57,874 bases of DNA from Basidiobolus meristosporus CBS 931.73 (taxonomy: Eukaryota > Fungi > Basidiobolomycota), in NCBI GenBank assembly GCA_002104905.1, contig MCFE01000561.1:1-57874 (forward strand). Direction: 5' to 3'. Positions within the stretch are counted from its first letter, which is position 1, and every line of letters starts with the position of its first letter. The notes under the pieces are model-generated. The model saw only the letters and a list, made by a program, of their open reading frames with translations, was not told the origin of the DNA and did not search any database. Positions 35,445 through 47,945 of this stretch are shown piece after piece. The translations under genes and the position numbers were made by a program.

Positions 35445-38400
35445 TGTTGTAAGAATTTGTAATTCCACCTAAATATTCACCTAACTTAGTCACTTAGATC
35501 ATCACCTTCAAATCCTAGAGAATACTGACCAAATTCCTTGTCGGGATTTACTTAGAATATTTTCACCAAAATACCAGGTACCCAGAACATGAAAATTCTC
35601 AAAGTTGTCCAAACAGCCCCAAACTTTGCACACATGTTCTTGGGACCTTCCTTAACCTATTCTACATGTTTGTAATGCCAAGACCAAGTAAAAGTATAAA
35701 TACTACTTTTACATTCAATAAATCATCAAGTGAAAACCACATAATCTACTTGTTCTCCCAATCACTTCCAATATCTCCAAGACTCTTACAACAGGTTATG
35801 AGCCCCAAGCTGTCACTCTCTGCAATGTCTACTACTGCTATTACTGGAATTTTTCCCTCTGCTGAAAAGTTGGATGGCTCTAACTACCAAGTGTGGAAGG
35901 TGAAGATGAAGATGCTGCTACAAGAAAGAGGCCTTTGGGATATTGTCATGGGAGAAGAATGCCCTCCTAAAAATGTGGGAGAGGAAGCCTTAAAGTACCA
36001 GAAGAAAGAACAAAGTGCCTTTAACTGCATTTGCCTTAATCTCAAGGACAAATTGCTAATTCAATGCTCAAGAGCAAAAACGGCAAAGAATGCCTGGAAG
36101 GCATTAGAAGACGCCTACCAGTCATGTTCAGCTGCTAAGAAAATGTATCTGAGACAAAAATTCTTTACTACAAAGATGCTGTCAGGAGAAGAAATGAAAA
36201 ATCTAATTAACAGAATTACCCTGCTGGTAGATGAGATGGAATCTGTGGGCGTACCAACTACTGATGAGGATGTGATAGTTACCATCCTGAATAGCCTGAA
36301 AGACAAGTTTCAGGGCCTTGTATCAGACCTAGAGTCCAGAACTGAAGATCTGACCTTAAATTATGTATATGGAAGGCTCCTGGATGAAGAATAAGAAAAT
36401 CAAGCGCCAATAAGAAGGAAGAAGAAAATGCTTTGATAAGCAATGATAACCAACAAAGGAGGTACCCAAGACCCTACAAAGGCAACAGCAACCTATTTTG
36501 CAACTACTGCAAAAGGAAAGGACACACATCAGACCGGTGTCTCAAAAAAAGAGATTATCAGCAAAAGAAGCCTGAATATGGAAATGCTGCAACAACTGAA
36601 GAGAGACTATTCATATCTGCACTAAATATGACCACAAACAAGGATTCTCAAACGTGGTATATTGACTCTGGAGCTTCTCAACACTTTACACACCAAAAAG
36701 AACTTTTTACCCAATATCAAGAAATTCCAATTAAGAAGGTTTTCATGGGTGACAATAGAACACTTGATGCAGTGGGAGAAGGAACTATCCAAGTAAACCT
36801 TAGAAGCAGTGAAGGAAGCCATACACTGACCTTTAAAGAAGTACTCTGTGTACCAGAAATAGCCAAGAACCTACTCTCTGTAAGCAAGGCCACGGCAGAA
36901 GGACTCAGTTTCAGTTTTGACAATTCTGGATGCAGGATCACGGATCAAAATGGTGCTCATATTGCTTTGGGCATCAGAGATCAGAATCTATACAAGTTGA
37001 CTTATATTCCATCATATCTGAAGGCCAATATAAGTAACTTAAATGAAGACACACCAATGCTTTGGCACAGGAGATTTGGGCACATCAATTTTGATTATTT
37101 GCGCAAAATGATCAAAGATCAGCTAATATCTGGAGTGAAAATTGATCCCCCAGCTAATTTGGAGCACTGTGAAGCCTGCTTATATGGGAAACAAGCCAGA
37201 CAACTGTTCAAGAGCTCTGGGCTAATCAAAACTAAGAAAAAATTAGATCTAATTCACTCAGATCTGTGTGGACCTATGCAAAATTTATTCTTAGGTGGGA
37301 TGAAGTATTTAATCACTTTTATTGATGATTATACAAGATACACATGGGTCTACTTCATGGAGAGAAAGGAAGAGGCTCTTTCTAAGTTCAGGGAGTTTAA
37401 AGCCATGGTGGAGAGAGAAACTGGTGAAAAAATCAAGAAAATACGCTCTGACAATGGTGGAGAATATACTTCAAAACTCTTCATTCACTTCTGCAAAATT
37501 CATGGGATAAAGCAAGAGACTACTGCACCACACTCCCCACAGCAAAATGGAGTAGCAGACCAAGCTAACAGATCAATAATTGATATGGCAAGATCTAGGA
37601 TCCATGATCAAAAATTATCCAATGATTTTTGGGCGGAATCAGTTGCCACTGCTGTATATCTTAAAAATAGGAGTTATAACAGAATACTTTGTGATTCTAC
37701 TCCATTTGAAGCATGGTATGGATACAGACCAAGTGCAGAACATCTAAGAATATTTGGGTGTACAGCATATGCCAAAAAACTGGCCGGAAATCAGTCAAAA
37801 TTTGAGCCAAAAAGTGTAAAACGCATATTTTTAGGCTACTGCAATGAGAGTAAGGCATACAGACTCTACAATACCAAAGCAAAGAAGCTTATCAAGTCCA
37901 GGGATGTGTTGTTTGATGAAAATTCAGAGTTTTCACAAAAAATGAGATCAGATGATGATGAAAATCTGATCTCAAGTCCACCAATTGTCAGGATGGAATC
38001 AGAGCAAAACAATGAAAATTTTTTCACTCCAGAGGACTCTACAACCATGGCTCAGCCAGAATCAGTGCCCAGAAATATCCCAGAAGTGATCATTCCAGTA
38101 TCAAATGCCCAGAGATCAAATCAAACAAGAAATAGCCCAAATTACTATATCAATGAGGGTACAAACTTAGCCTATGCCTATTCAGTCCATATTGATGAGC
38201 CCCAGACTGTAAAAGAGGCCCTAAATAGCCCTCAGACAAAGCTTTGGAGATCTGCAATGACTGAGGAATATCAGGCACTGATGGAAAATCAAACTTGGGA
38301 CTTAGTCAAATTACCAATCAACCAAAAATCAATTGGATGCAGATGGGTCTTCAAGACAAAATACAAGGCTGATGGTACAATTGAAAGATACAAAGCAAGA

Positions 38401-40127
38401 CTTGTAGCCAAAGGATACTCTCAAATAAAAGGACTTGACTATACTGAGACCTTTGCACCGGTAGCCAAGTTTAATTCCATCAGATTAATATTGGCTATTG
38501 CAGCCAAATATAAGTTTTTTATTCATCAAATGGATGTAAAACTGCATTTTTGAATGGAGAACTTGATCAGGACGTGTATATGGACCAGCCTGATGGGCTT
38601 GTTGACCAAGATAACCCCCATTTGGTCTGCAAGCTTAAAAAGTCACTATATGGTCTCAAACAATCACCGAGAGCCTGGAATTACAAGATAGATTCTTATT
38701 TGGAATCCATGAGTTTCAAAAGAAGTAATGCTGACTATAGTATATACTATAAGCCAGATAGAGCAAATCCAGTTCTATTAGCTCTATATGCAGATGATCT
38801 TATTATAGCCACCAATAACCTAGAAACATTAGAAGAGACTAAATCCAGCCTATCTAAGGAGTTCAAGATGTCCAATCTAGGAGAACTTAGTTACTACTTA
38901 GGGATTAAGTTCTCCATAGACAGAAGTACCCAGACTATTACCCTAAGCCAATCCAAGTATATTAAAGATATACTAAAGAAGTACAAAATGGAAGACTGTA
39001 AACCGGCAGCTACCCCAATGGGGACAAACCTTAACTTTGTCAAAACTCAACCAAATCAAGAGAGCTTGGTGCCATCTGAAAGCCCTGACTTTCCTTATCA
39101 ATCCATAGTCGGCAGTTTGATGTATATCATGCTTGGAACACGTCCAGATATCTATATTCAGTGGGAGTTGTCAGCCAAGATAATCAGAATTATGGATCTG
39201 ATCATATTGCAGCAGTTAAGCAGATTTTTAGATACCTAAAAGGAACTGCTGATATCTGCTTAAGATACACTTATAAGGATTCAGAACAGGATCTTGTGGG
39301 ATACTCTGATGCTGATTGGGGACAAAATATGGAAGAAAGAAGATCCACCACAGGATGCACCTTTCTTTACTGTAAAGGAGCAATTTCATGGAATTCAAGA
39401 AAGCAACCAACTGTAGCACTTTCTACTACAGAGGCAGAGTATATGGCAGCCTGTGAAGCTACAAAAGAAGCAATGTGGTTAAGAAAACTCTTTACAGATT
39501 TAGGCCTATGTCAAAAAAAACACCTATTACTTTATTTCAAGATAATCAAGGATGTATACAATTAGGTAGAAATCCAACTTTTCATGCTAGAACCAAGCAC
39601 ATAGATATTAGACATCATTACATACGTAAAGCTATAGAGAATAACTTAGTTAGCTTAGTTACTGTCCTACAGATGAAATGATTGCAGACATATTTACCAA
39701 ACCATTAGCTAGAGACAAGTTTGAATATCTTAGGTCAAAATTGGGACTAGTCAGTATGAACATTTAGCTGAATGGGAGTGTTGTAAAAATTTGTAATTCC
39801 ACCTAAATATTCACCTAACTTAGTCACTTAGATCATCACCTTCCAATCCTAGAGAATACTGACCAAATTCCTTGTTGGGATTTACTTAGAATATCTTCAC
39901 CAAAATACCAGGTACCCAGAACATGAAAATTCTTAAAGTTGTCCAAACAGCCCCAAACTTTGCACACATGTTCTTGGGACCTTCCTTAACCTATTCTACG
40001 TGCTTGTAATGCCAAGACCAGGTAAAAGTATAAATACTACTTTTACATTCAATAAATCATTAAGTGAAAACCACATAATCTACTTGTTCTCCCAATCACT
40101 TCCAATATCTCCAAGACTCTTACAACA
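35445..40127 (+). mobile_element. Full-length Ty1/copia LTR retrotransposon (4683 bp)
   Basis: 349-bp LTRs at 35445-35793 and 39779-40127 (TGTTGTAA...TTACAACA; 9 differences by eye), TSD CTATT on both sides, PBS GGTTATGAGCCCC at 35794, purine tract before the 3' LTR, gag-PR-IN-RT-RH order. Confidence 0.97.
35825..39767 (+). pseudogene. Copia gag-pol polyprotein with several single-base frameshifts
   Basis: Gag (KLDGSNYQVWKVKM; CNYCKRKGHTSDRC knuckle), protease (WYIDSGASQH), integrase (WHRRFGH, CEAC, HSDLCGP, RSDNGGEY), RT ([15 protein letters not shown]) and RNase H (GYSDADW, TEAEY, KHIDIRHH). The frame breaks near 36390, 38540, 39150 and 39520. Confidence 0.92.
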
Positions 40128-40480
40128 CTATTGATATATCAAGCTCCCAATAAACTATTTCAGTATTAGCATACTGGAAGTTGTTGTATATTATTGATTA
40201 GCCTCTACATTGTAGAACAAGCCCCCAACTAATCATAATGCAACACAACATATCTAAAATTCCGCTTAACTGCGGCAATATGATCAGATCCACAGTTCCA
40301 ATTATGTTGGCTGACAACTCCCACTGAATATGAGATATCTGGACATGTTCCAAGCATGATGTACATCAGACTGCTGACCATATATTGATAAGGAAAGTTT
40401 GGGCTTTCAGATGGCACCAAGGTCTCTTGATTTGGTGGTGATTTGACCAAGTTAAGGTTTGTCTCCATTGGGGTAGCTGC

Positions 40481-41000
40481 TGTTATGAATAGACACAAGG
40501 CAGGAGGAAAAGCTAGGCACGGCAGGGAAGGACTTAGGTGTGGACCATCAAGGCAAGGCAGGATTCAAGGCAAGGCTGTTTATTCAAGACCTGTGTTTAT
40601 CAGACTGAGGAATACTTAAGGGGAGATAGGACTATATATACTTTTTGGTTATACTGATGCCAAGAGATATTGGCTAATACTAATAGGGTTGTGGGGTGGG
40701 GCACAGCAATGTGCTGGGGATAATAATATAGAAGGCAAGGCACTGAGACAGGATGGGGAGATGGATTGGGTCACCTGATCATGTGTCTAAGTCATGTGAC
40801 CTGGTATTTCCATATATGGTACTGGACTATTAAAAATACAATGGGAAGCTTCCATGGAATGTTCCAATGTGTAACAATGGTTTAGAATGGTCAGGAACTT
40901 TCTGGATGGTGGTAGAAGGTTCCAGAAAGAATCTCTTAGAAATTGAGCTAGGAAGCTGAAACTTGGCATGGGTGTTCATGGTTGTCATTTGATCATGACA
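40481..41000. mobile_element. 520-bp solo LTR of a second LTR family inserted in copia RT
   Basis: TGTTATGA...TCATGACA termini; 5-bp TSD GCTGC (40476-40480, 41001-41005); the empty site GGTAGCTGCTGGTTTACAG is seen at about 32771. Further fragments of this family at 50294-50351 and inverted at about 45323-45514. Confidence 0.9.
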
Positions 41001-41640
41001 GCTGCTGGTTTACAGTCTTCCATTTTGTACTTCTTTAGTATATCTTGAATATACTTGGATTGGCTTAGGGTAATAGTCTGGGTACTTCTGACTATGGAGA
41101 ACTTAATCCCTAAGTAGTAACTGAGTTCTCCTAGATTGGACATCCTGAACTCCTTAGATAGGCTGGATTTAGTCTCTTCCAATGTTTCTAGGTTATTGGT
41201 GGCTATAATAAGATCATCTGCATATAGAGCTAATAGAACTGGATTTGCTCTGTCTGGCTTATAGTATATACTATAGTCAGCATTACTCCTTTTGAAGCTC
41301 AAAGATTCCTAATAAGAATCCATCTTGCAATTTCAGGCTCTTGGTGATTGTTTAAGACCAAATAGTGACTTTTTAAGCTTGCAGACTGAATGGGGGTTAT
41401 CTTGGTAAACAAATTCATCAGGCTGGTCCATATACATGTCCTCATCTAGTTCTCCATTGAAAAATGCAGCTTTACATCCATTTGATGAATAAACAACTTC
41501 TATTTGGCGGCAATAGCCAATATTAATCTGATGGAATTAAACTTGGCTACCAGTGCAAAGGTCTCAGTATAGTCAAGTCCTTTTGTTTGAGAGTATCCTT
41601 TGGCCACAAGTCTTGCTTTGTAGCTTTCAACTGTACCATC

Positions 41641-41989
41641 TATTGTAAGAGTCTTGGAGATATTGGAAGTGATTGGGAGAACAAGTAGATTTTGTGGTTT
41701 TCACTAAATGATTTATTGAATGTAAAAGTAGTACTTGTACTTTTACCTGGTCATGACATTACAAACATGTAGAATAGGTTAAGGAAGGTCCCAAGAACAT
41801 GTGTGCAAAGTTTGGGGCTGTTTGGACAACTTTGAGAATTTTCATGATCTGGGTACCTGGCATTTTAGTGAAAATATTCTAAGTAAATCCCAACAAGGAA
41901 TTTGGTCAGTATTCTCTAGGATTTGAAGGTAATGATCTAAGTGACTAAGTCAGGTGAATAGTTAGGTGGAAATACAAGCTTGTACAACA
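41641..41989 (-). mobile_element. Solo LTR of the copia family inserted into a copy of its own family
   Basis: 349 bp matching the reverse complement of the 35445 LTR; TSD CCATC at 41636-41640 and 41990-41994. Confidence 0.92.
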
Positions 41990-44894
41990 CCATCAGCCTT
42001 GCATTTTGTCTTGAAAACTCATCTACATCCAATGGATTTTTAGCTGATTGGTAATTTGACTAAGTCCCATGTTTGGTTTTCCATCAGGGCCTGATATTTC
42101 TCAGTCATTGCAGATCTCCAAAACTTTGTCTGGGGGCTATTTAGGGTCTCTTTTACAGTGTGCGGTTCATCAATATGGACTTAATAGGCATAGGCTAAGT
42201 TTGTACCCTCAATGATATAGTAATTTGGGCTTTTCTTGTCCAATTGGATCTTCAGGCATTTAATACTGGAATGATCACTTCTGGGATATTCCTTGACACT
42301 GATTCTGGCTGAAGCATGGTGTAGAGTCCTCTGGAGTGAAAAAATTCTCATTGTTTTGCTCTGATTCAATCCTGATAATTGGTGGACTTGGGATCAGATT
42401 TTAGTCATCATCCGATGTCATTTTTTGTGAAAATTTTGAATATTCAGCAAACAACACATCCCTGGACTTGATTAGCTTCTTTGCTTTTGTATTATAGAGT
42501 TGGTATGCTTTACTCTCATTGCAGTAACACAAAAAGATGCATTTTACACTTTTTGGCTCAAATTTTGACTGATTTCCTTGCAGTTTCTTGGCATATCCTG
42601 TACATCCAAATATTCTTAGATGTTCTGCACTTGGTCCATATACATACCATGCTTCAAATGGGGTAGAATCACAAAGTATTCTGCTATAACTCCTATTCTT
42701 AAGATATACAGGAGTGGCAACTAATTTCTCTCAAAAATCATATGACAATTTTTGATCATGGATCATAAATCTTGCCATATCAATTATTGATCTGTTAGCA
42801 TGTTCTGCTACTCCATTTTGCTGTGGGGAGTATGGTACAGTAGTCTCTTACTTTATCCCATGGATTTTGCCAAAGTTGATGAAGAGTTTTGAGGTATATC
42901 CTCTACCATTGTCAGAGCGTATTTTGCTAATTTTTCACCAGTTTCACTCTCCACCATGGCTTTAAACTGCCTGAACTTAGGCAGAGCTTCTTCCTTTCTC
43001 CCCATGCAGTAAACCCATGTGTATTGTGTATAAACATCAATAACAGTGATAAAATACTTCATCCTGCCTAAGGATAAATTTTGTATAGGTCCACACAGAT
43101 CTGAGTGAATTAGATCTAATTTTTTCATAGTTTTGATCAACCCAGAGCACTTGAACAGTTGTTTGGCTTGTTTCCCATATATGCAGGATCCAAAGTGCTT
43201 CAAATTAGCTGGGGGATCAACTTTTACTCCAGAAATTAGCTGTTCTTTGACCATTTTGCACACATAATCAAAATCTCCTGTGCCAAAGCATTGGTGTTTC
43301 TTCATTTAAGCTATTTATACTGGCTTCCAAATATGACGGAATATAAGTCAACTTGCATAGATTCTGATCTCTGATACCCAAAGCAATATGGGCACCACTT
43401 TGATTAGTGATCTTGCATCCAGAATTGCCAAAGCTGAAACTGAGTCCTTCTGCAGTGGCCTTGCTTACATATAGTAGTTTCTTGGCTATTTCAAGTACCT
43501 AGAGTACTTCTTTGAAAGTCAGTGTATGGCTTCCTTCACTGCTTCTTAGGTTTACTTGGATAGTTCCTTCTCTCACTTCATCAAGTGTTCTATTGTCACC
43601 CATGAAAACCTTCTTAACTGGAATTTCTTGTTATTGGGTGAAAAGTTCTTTTTGATGCGTAAACTGTTGAGATACTCCAGAGTCAATATACCACATCTGA
43701 GAATCCTTGTTTATGGTCATATTTAGAGCAGATATGGATAGTCTATCTTCAGTTGTTGCAGAATTTCCATATTCAGGCTTTTTCTGCTGACTATCTTTTT
43801 TTGAAGCACCGGTCTGATGTGTGTCCTTTCCTTTTGCAGTAGTTGCAAAACCGGTTGCTGTTGCCTTTGTAGGGTCTTGGGTACCTCCTTTGTTGGTTAT
43901 CACTGATTATTAAAGCATTTTCTTCTTCCTTCTCATTGGCACTTAATTTTCTTAATTCTTCATCCAGGAGCCTTCCATATACATAATTTAAGGTCAAATC
44001 TTCAGTTCTGGACTCTAGGGCTGATACAAGGCCCTGAAGCGTGTCTGTCAGGCTATTCAGGATGGTAACTATCACATCCCCATCAGTAGTTGGTACACCT
44101 GCAGATTCCATTTCATCTACAAGCAAGGTAATTCTGTTAATTGGATATTTCATTTCTTCTCCTGGCAGCATCTTTATTGTAATGAATTTTTGTCTCAGAT
44201 ACATTGCCCTGGCAGCTGAACATGACTGGTAGGTGCCTTCTAATGCCCTCCAGGCATTCTTTGCTGTTTTTGCTCTTGAGCATTGAGTTAGCAACCTGTC
44301 TTTGACATTGAGGCAAATGAAGTTAAAGGCATTTTGTTCTTTCTTCTCAAGGATTCTCTCCCACATTTTTAGGTGGGCATTCTTCTCCCATGACAATATC
44401 CTGAAGGCCTTTGTATTTTAGCAGCATCTTTGTCACAACCATCCACACCTAGTAGTTAGATCCATCCAACTTTTCTGCAGAGGGAAATATCCCAGTAATA
44501 GCAGTATCAGACAATTTAGAGAGTGACAGCCTGGGGCTCATGACGTATAGTAAAAATCTTGGAAAAACTGGAAGTGATTGGGAGAGCAAGCAGATTGTGT
44601 GGTTTTCACTCAATGATATATTGAATATAAAAGTAGTATTCATACTTTTACATGGTCTTGGCATAGCAAACAAGTAGAGTGGGCTTAGGAAGGTCCCAGG
44701 AGCATGTGGTCAAGGTTTGGGGCTGCTTGGATAACTTTACAAATTCTCATGTTTTGGGTACCTGATATATTGGTGAAGATATTCTGAGTAAATCCCAACC
44801 AGGAGTTTGGTCAGTATTCTCAAAGATTTTTAGATAAAGAGCTAAGTGACTAAGTTGGCTGAAAGTTTAGGTGGAATTACCAATCTTGACAACA

Positions 44895-45163
44895 CATTCC
44901 TCCCCTCTACTGAATTCTGGATGATTCTCTGCTCAGAGTGCTCTGTCATGCTTACTTCCAGCAAATGGCCCATTAAACCAGCTGATGTTACTCTCAATGA
45001 TGGACAGTGCTTGGAACTTTACACAGTGTGCAATGTGTTTGCCAGAATAAAGGTTTCTATGCCTTCTTGAAGGTCTGTCTATTCTTACCAAAATACTTCT
45101 AATATGCAACCTGTTATTGAACAATCTGGGATATGGTAGTCTATCAGAGCTCCAAGTCATTCA
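44895..45163 (-). pseudogene. Relic of the DDE_Tnp_4 transposase (paralog of 50849-51655)
   Basis: Translates as RLPYPRLFNNRLHIRSILVRIDRPSRRHRNLYSGKHIAHCVKFQALS...GPFAGSKHD, closely matching the 50849 ORF. Its continuation TAAGTCTGCCATACATT lies at about 31843-31859, on the far side of the copia block. Confidence 0.9.
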
Positions 45164-46000
45164 TGTTGTCAAAGCTTGTAATTCCATCTGAATACTCACC
45201 TAACTTAGTCACTTGGATCATTACCTTGAAATCCTAGAGAATACTGACCATATCTTGGTTGGGATTTACTCAGAATATCTTCACCAACACATCTAGTACC
45301 CAGAACATGAAAATTTGCAAAGTTATATCATACTATATGAGTTAATATTATGCCACATGACCAAGTGACCTGGCCAGCTCACCATGTGATATTCTAGTCT
45401 GTGCTTTAGCATTTTCTATTTTGGCACACTTCTTATGCCTCACACCAGAACCTAATCAGTATTAGCCAATATCTCTTGGCATCCCTATTGCCAGTAAGTA
45501 TATATAGTTCTCTCTGTTGCAAAGGTTTGCAATTCCACCTAAATATTCACCCAACTTAGTCACTTGGATCATTAGCCACTAATCTTATAGAATACTGACC
45601 AAATTCCTTGTTGGGATTTACATGGAATATTTTTATCAAAATTCCACATACCCAGAACAAGGAAATACTTGGAACTGTCCAAACAGCTCCAAACTGTGCA
45701 CAAGCTCTTGGGATCTTCCTTAGCCCACTCTATGTGTGTATTTTGCCAAGACCATATAACAGTATAAATACTACTTCATATTCAATTAATCATCAAGTGA
45801 AAACCACATAATCTACTTGTTCTCCCAATCAATTCCAATATCTCCAAGACTCTTACAACAGGCTATGAGACCCAAGCTGTCACTCTCTGCAATGTCTATA
45901 ATGGCTATTACTGGAATATTTCCTCTGTTGTAAAGTTGGATGTATCTAACAGCCAGGTGTGAAAGGTGAAGATGAAGATGATGCTACAAGAAAGAGGCCT
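45164..46000 (+). mobile_element. Copia-family fragments: truncated LTR (45164-about 45322), LTR (45515-45860), PBS and gag start
   Basis: Direct similarity to the 35445 LTR; GGCTATGAGACCC PBS-like sequence at 45861; gag start ...KVKMKMMLQERG. Confidence 0.85.
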
Positions 46001-47474
46001 CCAAGTATCTTTGCTGCAAAGAAGGAACTCAAGTAGCTCAGTGTCACAGCCAAGATTTGAGCCATTTACCAATGGGACAGCAGAGAAACACTGTACAGTC
46101 CTTGAAGCACAACAACAGTGCCCCAAGATAAAGCCCTCAGAAAAACCTAGCACAGCATGAAAGGGAAACAATGTGGTGTTTATACTAAAGCCTAAAAATC
46201 AGAAGACATTGAAGATCTGTGAAGCTGTTGAGTGCAATAATGAAGAGTGAGCTAATACTCAAGAGGCTGTCAGAAGCTTAGCACACCATCACCTTAAGGC
46301 TGGCATACCATGGGACCATCAGGAACTCAAGGCCAAGCAGAATGCACTTGACTTGTTCCATGAGCATTATCCTGAATTCAAATTGGCAAACAGATTTTGG
46401 GCCAGCATTAATATGCTAAGAAAGTATCTTAAGAATAGCAGAAACTATCAAAGGCACAAGAGCAAGGGTGCCATGGCTAAATACCAGTAGCTTCCCCAAG
46501 GGCCTTTTACCAGCAGGGCCAAAAGCTCCAGTCAAGTGTTGAAGTGACCTTAGGTAGCTGGATGAGTGCCAATTAGGGACAAGCAGCCAGACATAGATGT
46601 ACCAGCACAACATTTATCAAGGAAAAAGTGTAGTACCACTCAAGAGGCACTCAATCAAAGTAGCAGTGAAGGATCTAGCAGTGATAAGAACCTGCAACTT
46701 TTACTGGAGCCCATCACATCTACAGTTGAGAACTCAAAACAAGCGGAAAGAAATGTCAGGCTGCCATAACAGTGCCAGCAAGGAACAAGCAGGCAAAAAC
46801 AGATGTGCAAGGGCAGAATTTGTCAAGGAGAAAATGTAGTTCAATACAAGAAGCACTCAGACAAAGTGTCAGTGAAAGCCCTGGCAGTGATAAAGGAAAA
46901 GGTAAATGGAAAAATGCCAACCCAAGCCTGACACAGGGAGGCATCCAACAAAAGCTGCAGTTCTTGCCAATTAATGCTACAAGTCAGTAACACACTGAAT
47001 CTTTTCATAGCCAAAAAGACTCACCAACAAGAATACAGCTGTTTTCACAAGAGTTGGAAGTGCAGCCGGGTTGAGCTACTCTCCAGCAAGATAAATGAGT
47101 TGGCAGAAAAAGGCAATTTGTCTACCACAGCCTCCACATCCTCCATAGTTGACAGAGTGGAGATTCCACTCACAGACAAAGCTACAATGTCAAAAGCTCA
47201 AAAGACTATCGCAATGCCTTCATTGGAATTTTGGAACAACAATAGGCACACCAAGAGGTTGCAGCACTTCTTCAAGAGCTGTGCTCAAGAAAATGCACTG
47301 GAATATTGCAAGGATTTATTACAAAGACTGAAAGATGAGGTGTTAGACCTTGCAGTGCTGGCTGAAGACCAGGACATGTGTACACCAGTGAATGAACAGT
47401 GGCATAAAGATGTTGGGCTACTGCCAAAGTCATGGAACCAGAGTGTTACAGCAGAAATACTTATTGAGTGGTGA
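46001..47474 (+). pseudogene. Decayed orphan ORF, copy 1 (unidentified TE-associated protein)
   Basis: Stop- and frameshift-interrupted reading frame collinear with 49031-50293. Conserved core VRSLAHHHLKAGIPWDHQELKAKQNALDLFHEHYPEFK; internal peptide repeat (...LSRKKCSTTQEAL / LSRRKCSSIQEAL...). Confidence 0.7.
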
Positions 47475-47945
47475 ATTTTAATAGAGTTACTTGTGGAGTG
47501 TGGGGTTGGGCTTAATCTTAGTGCAGGGTATAGGGAGTGGTATAGGTCAATACAGTTGGCAATTGAGGTACAACTGAAGTCTCAACAGAAATAAATCAAA
47601 TGGTACGCATGAAAAGTAAGAGAAATGGTTGAGTCAGGAAGTAAGGAGTGTGAAAAAGAGGCAATAGCCAATTAATGCACACAAACCTAGGAGGTGATAG
47701 AGTGTCCGGAATCAGAAAGTGAGCAAATTGGCAGGGAACCAATCAAAAGCTACTTGTACATTATTGTGATGAAAAATTTTGACCAAGTTTTTTGTGAAAT
47801 CTGGGGTGCAATTATTTTTCAACAGTCAGTGGACAGTGTCCTGATGGGATCAATACCTCTTAGTCATGGGACTTTAACTTTGTGATGGCCTTTTGATGGG
47901 ATCATTACAATAATTTATCATAGGGCTATAGAATCATGCCCCAAT

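Larger units (their letters stand above)
34331..40250. mobile_element. About 1.2 kb TG...CA element (probable long solo LTR of another family), split by the full-length copia
   Basis: Begins TGTAGT at 34331 and ends CAACA at 40250, with TATC directly on both sides (34327-34330 and 40251-40254). The copia RT sequence resumes in register after it. Its own sequence is 34331-35444 plus 40133-40250. Confidence 0.7.
31861..44894 (-). mobile_element. Composite decayed Ty1/copia block (two partial copies of one family) containing nested insertions
   Basis: LTRs at 31861-32169 (partial), 33435-33783 (with adjacent PPT) and 44546-44894 (with PBS at 44531-44545). Broken RNase H, RT, integrase, protease and gag ORFs on the minus strand. 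The outer ends are flanked by the 5-bp duplication CATTC (31856-31860 and 44895-44899). Confidence 0.9.

Noticed and set aside
31812-45811. Short ORFs in the track that read through LTRs (e.g. 31812-32117, 44449-44673, 45608-45811, and the first 53 codons of 35666)
   Set aside because: They are chance translations of the repeated LTR sequence, not independent genes.
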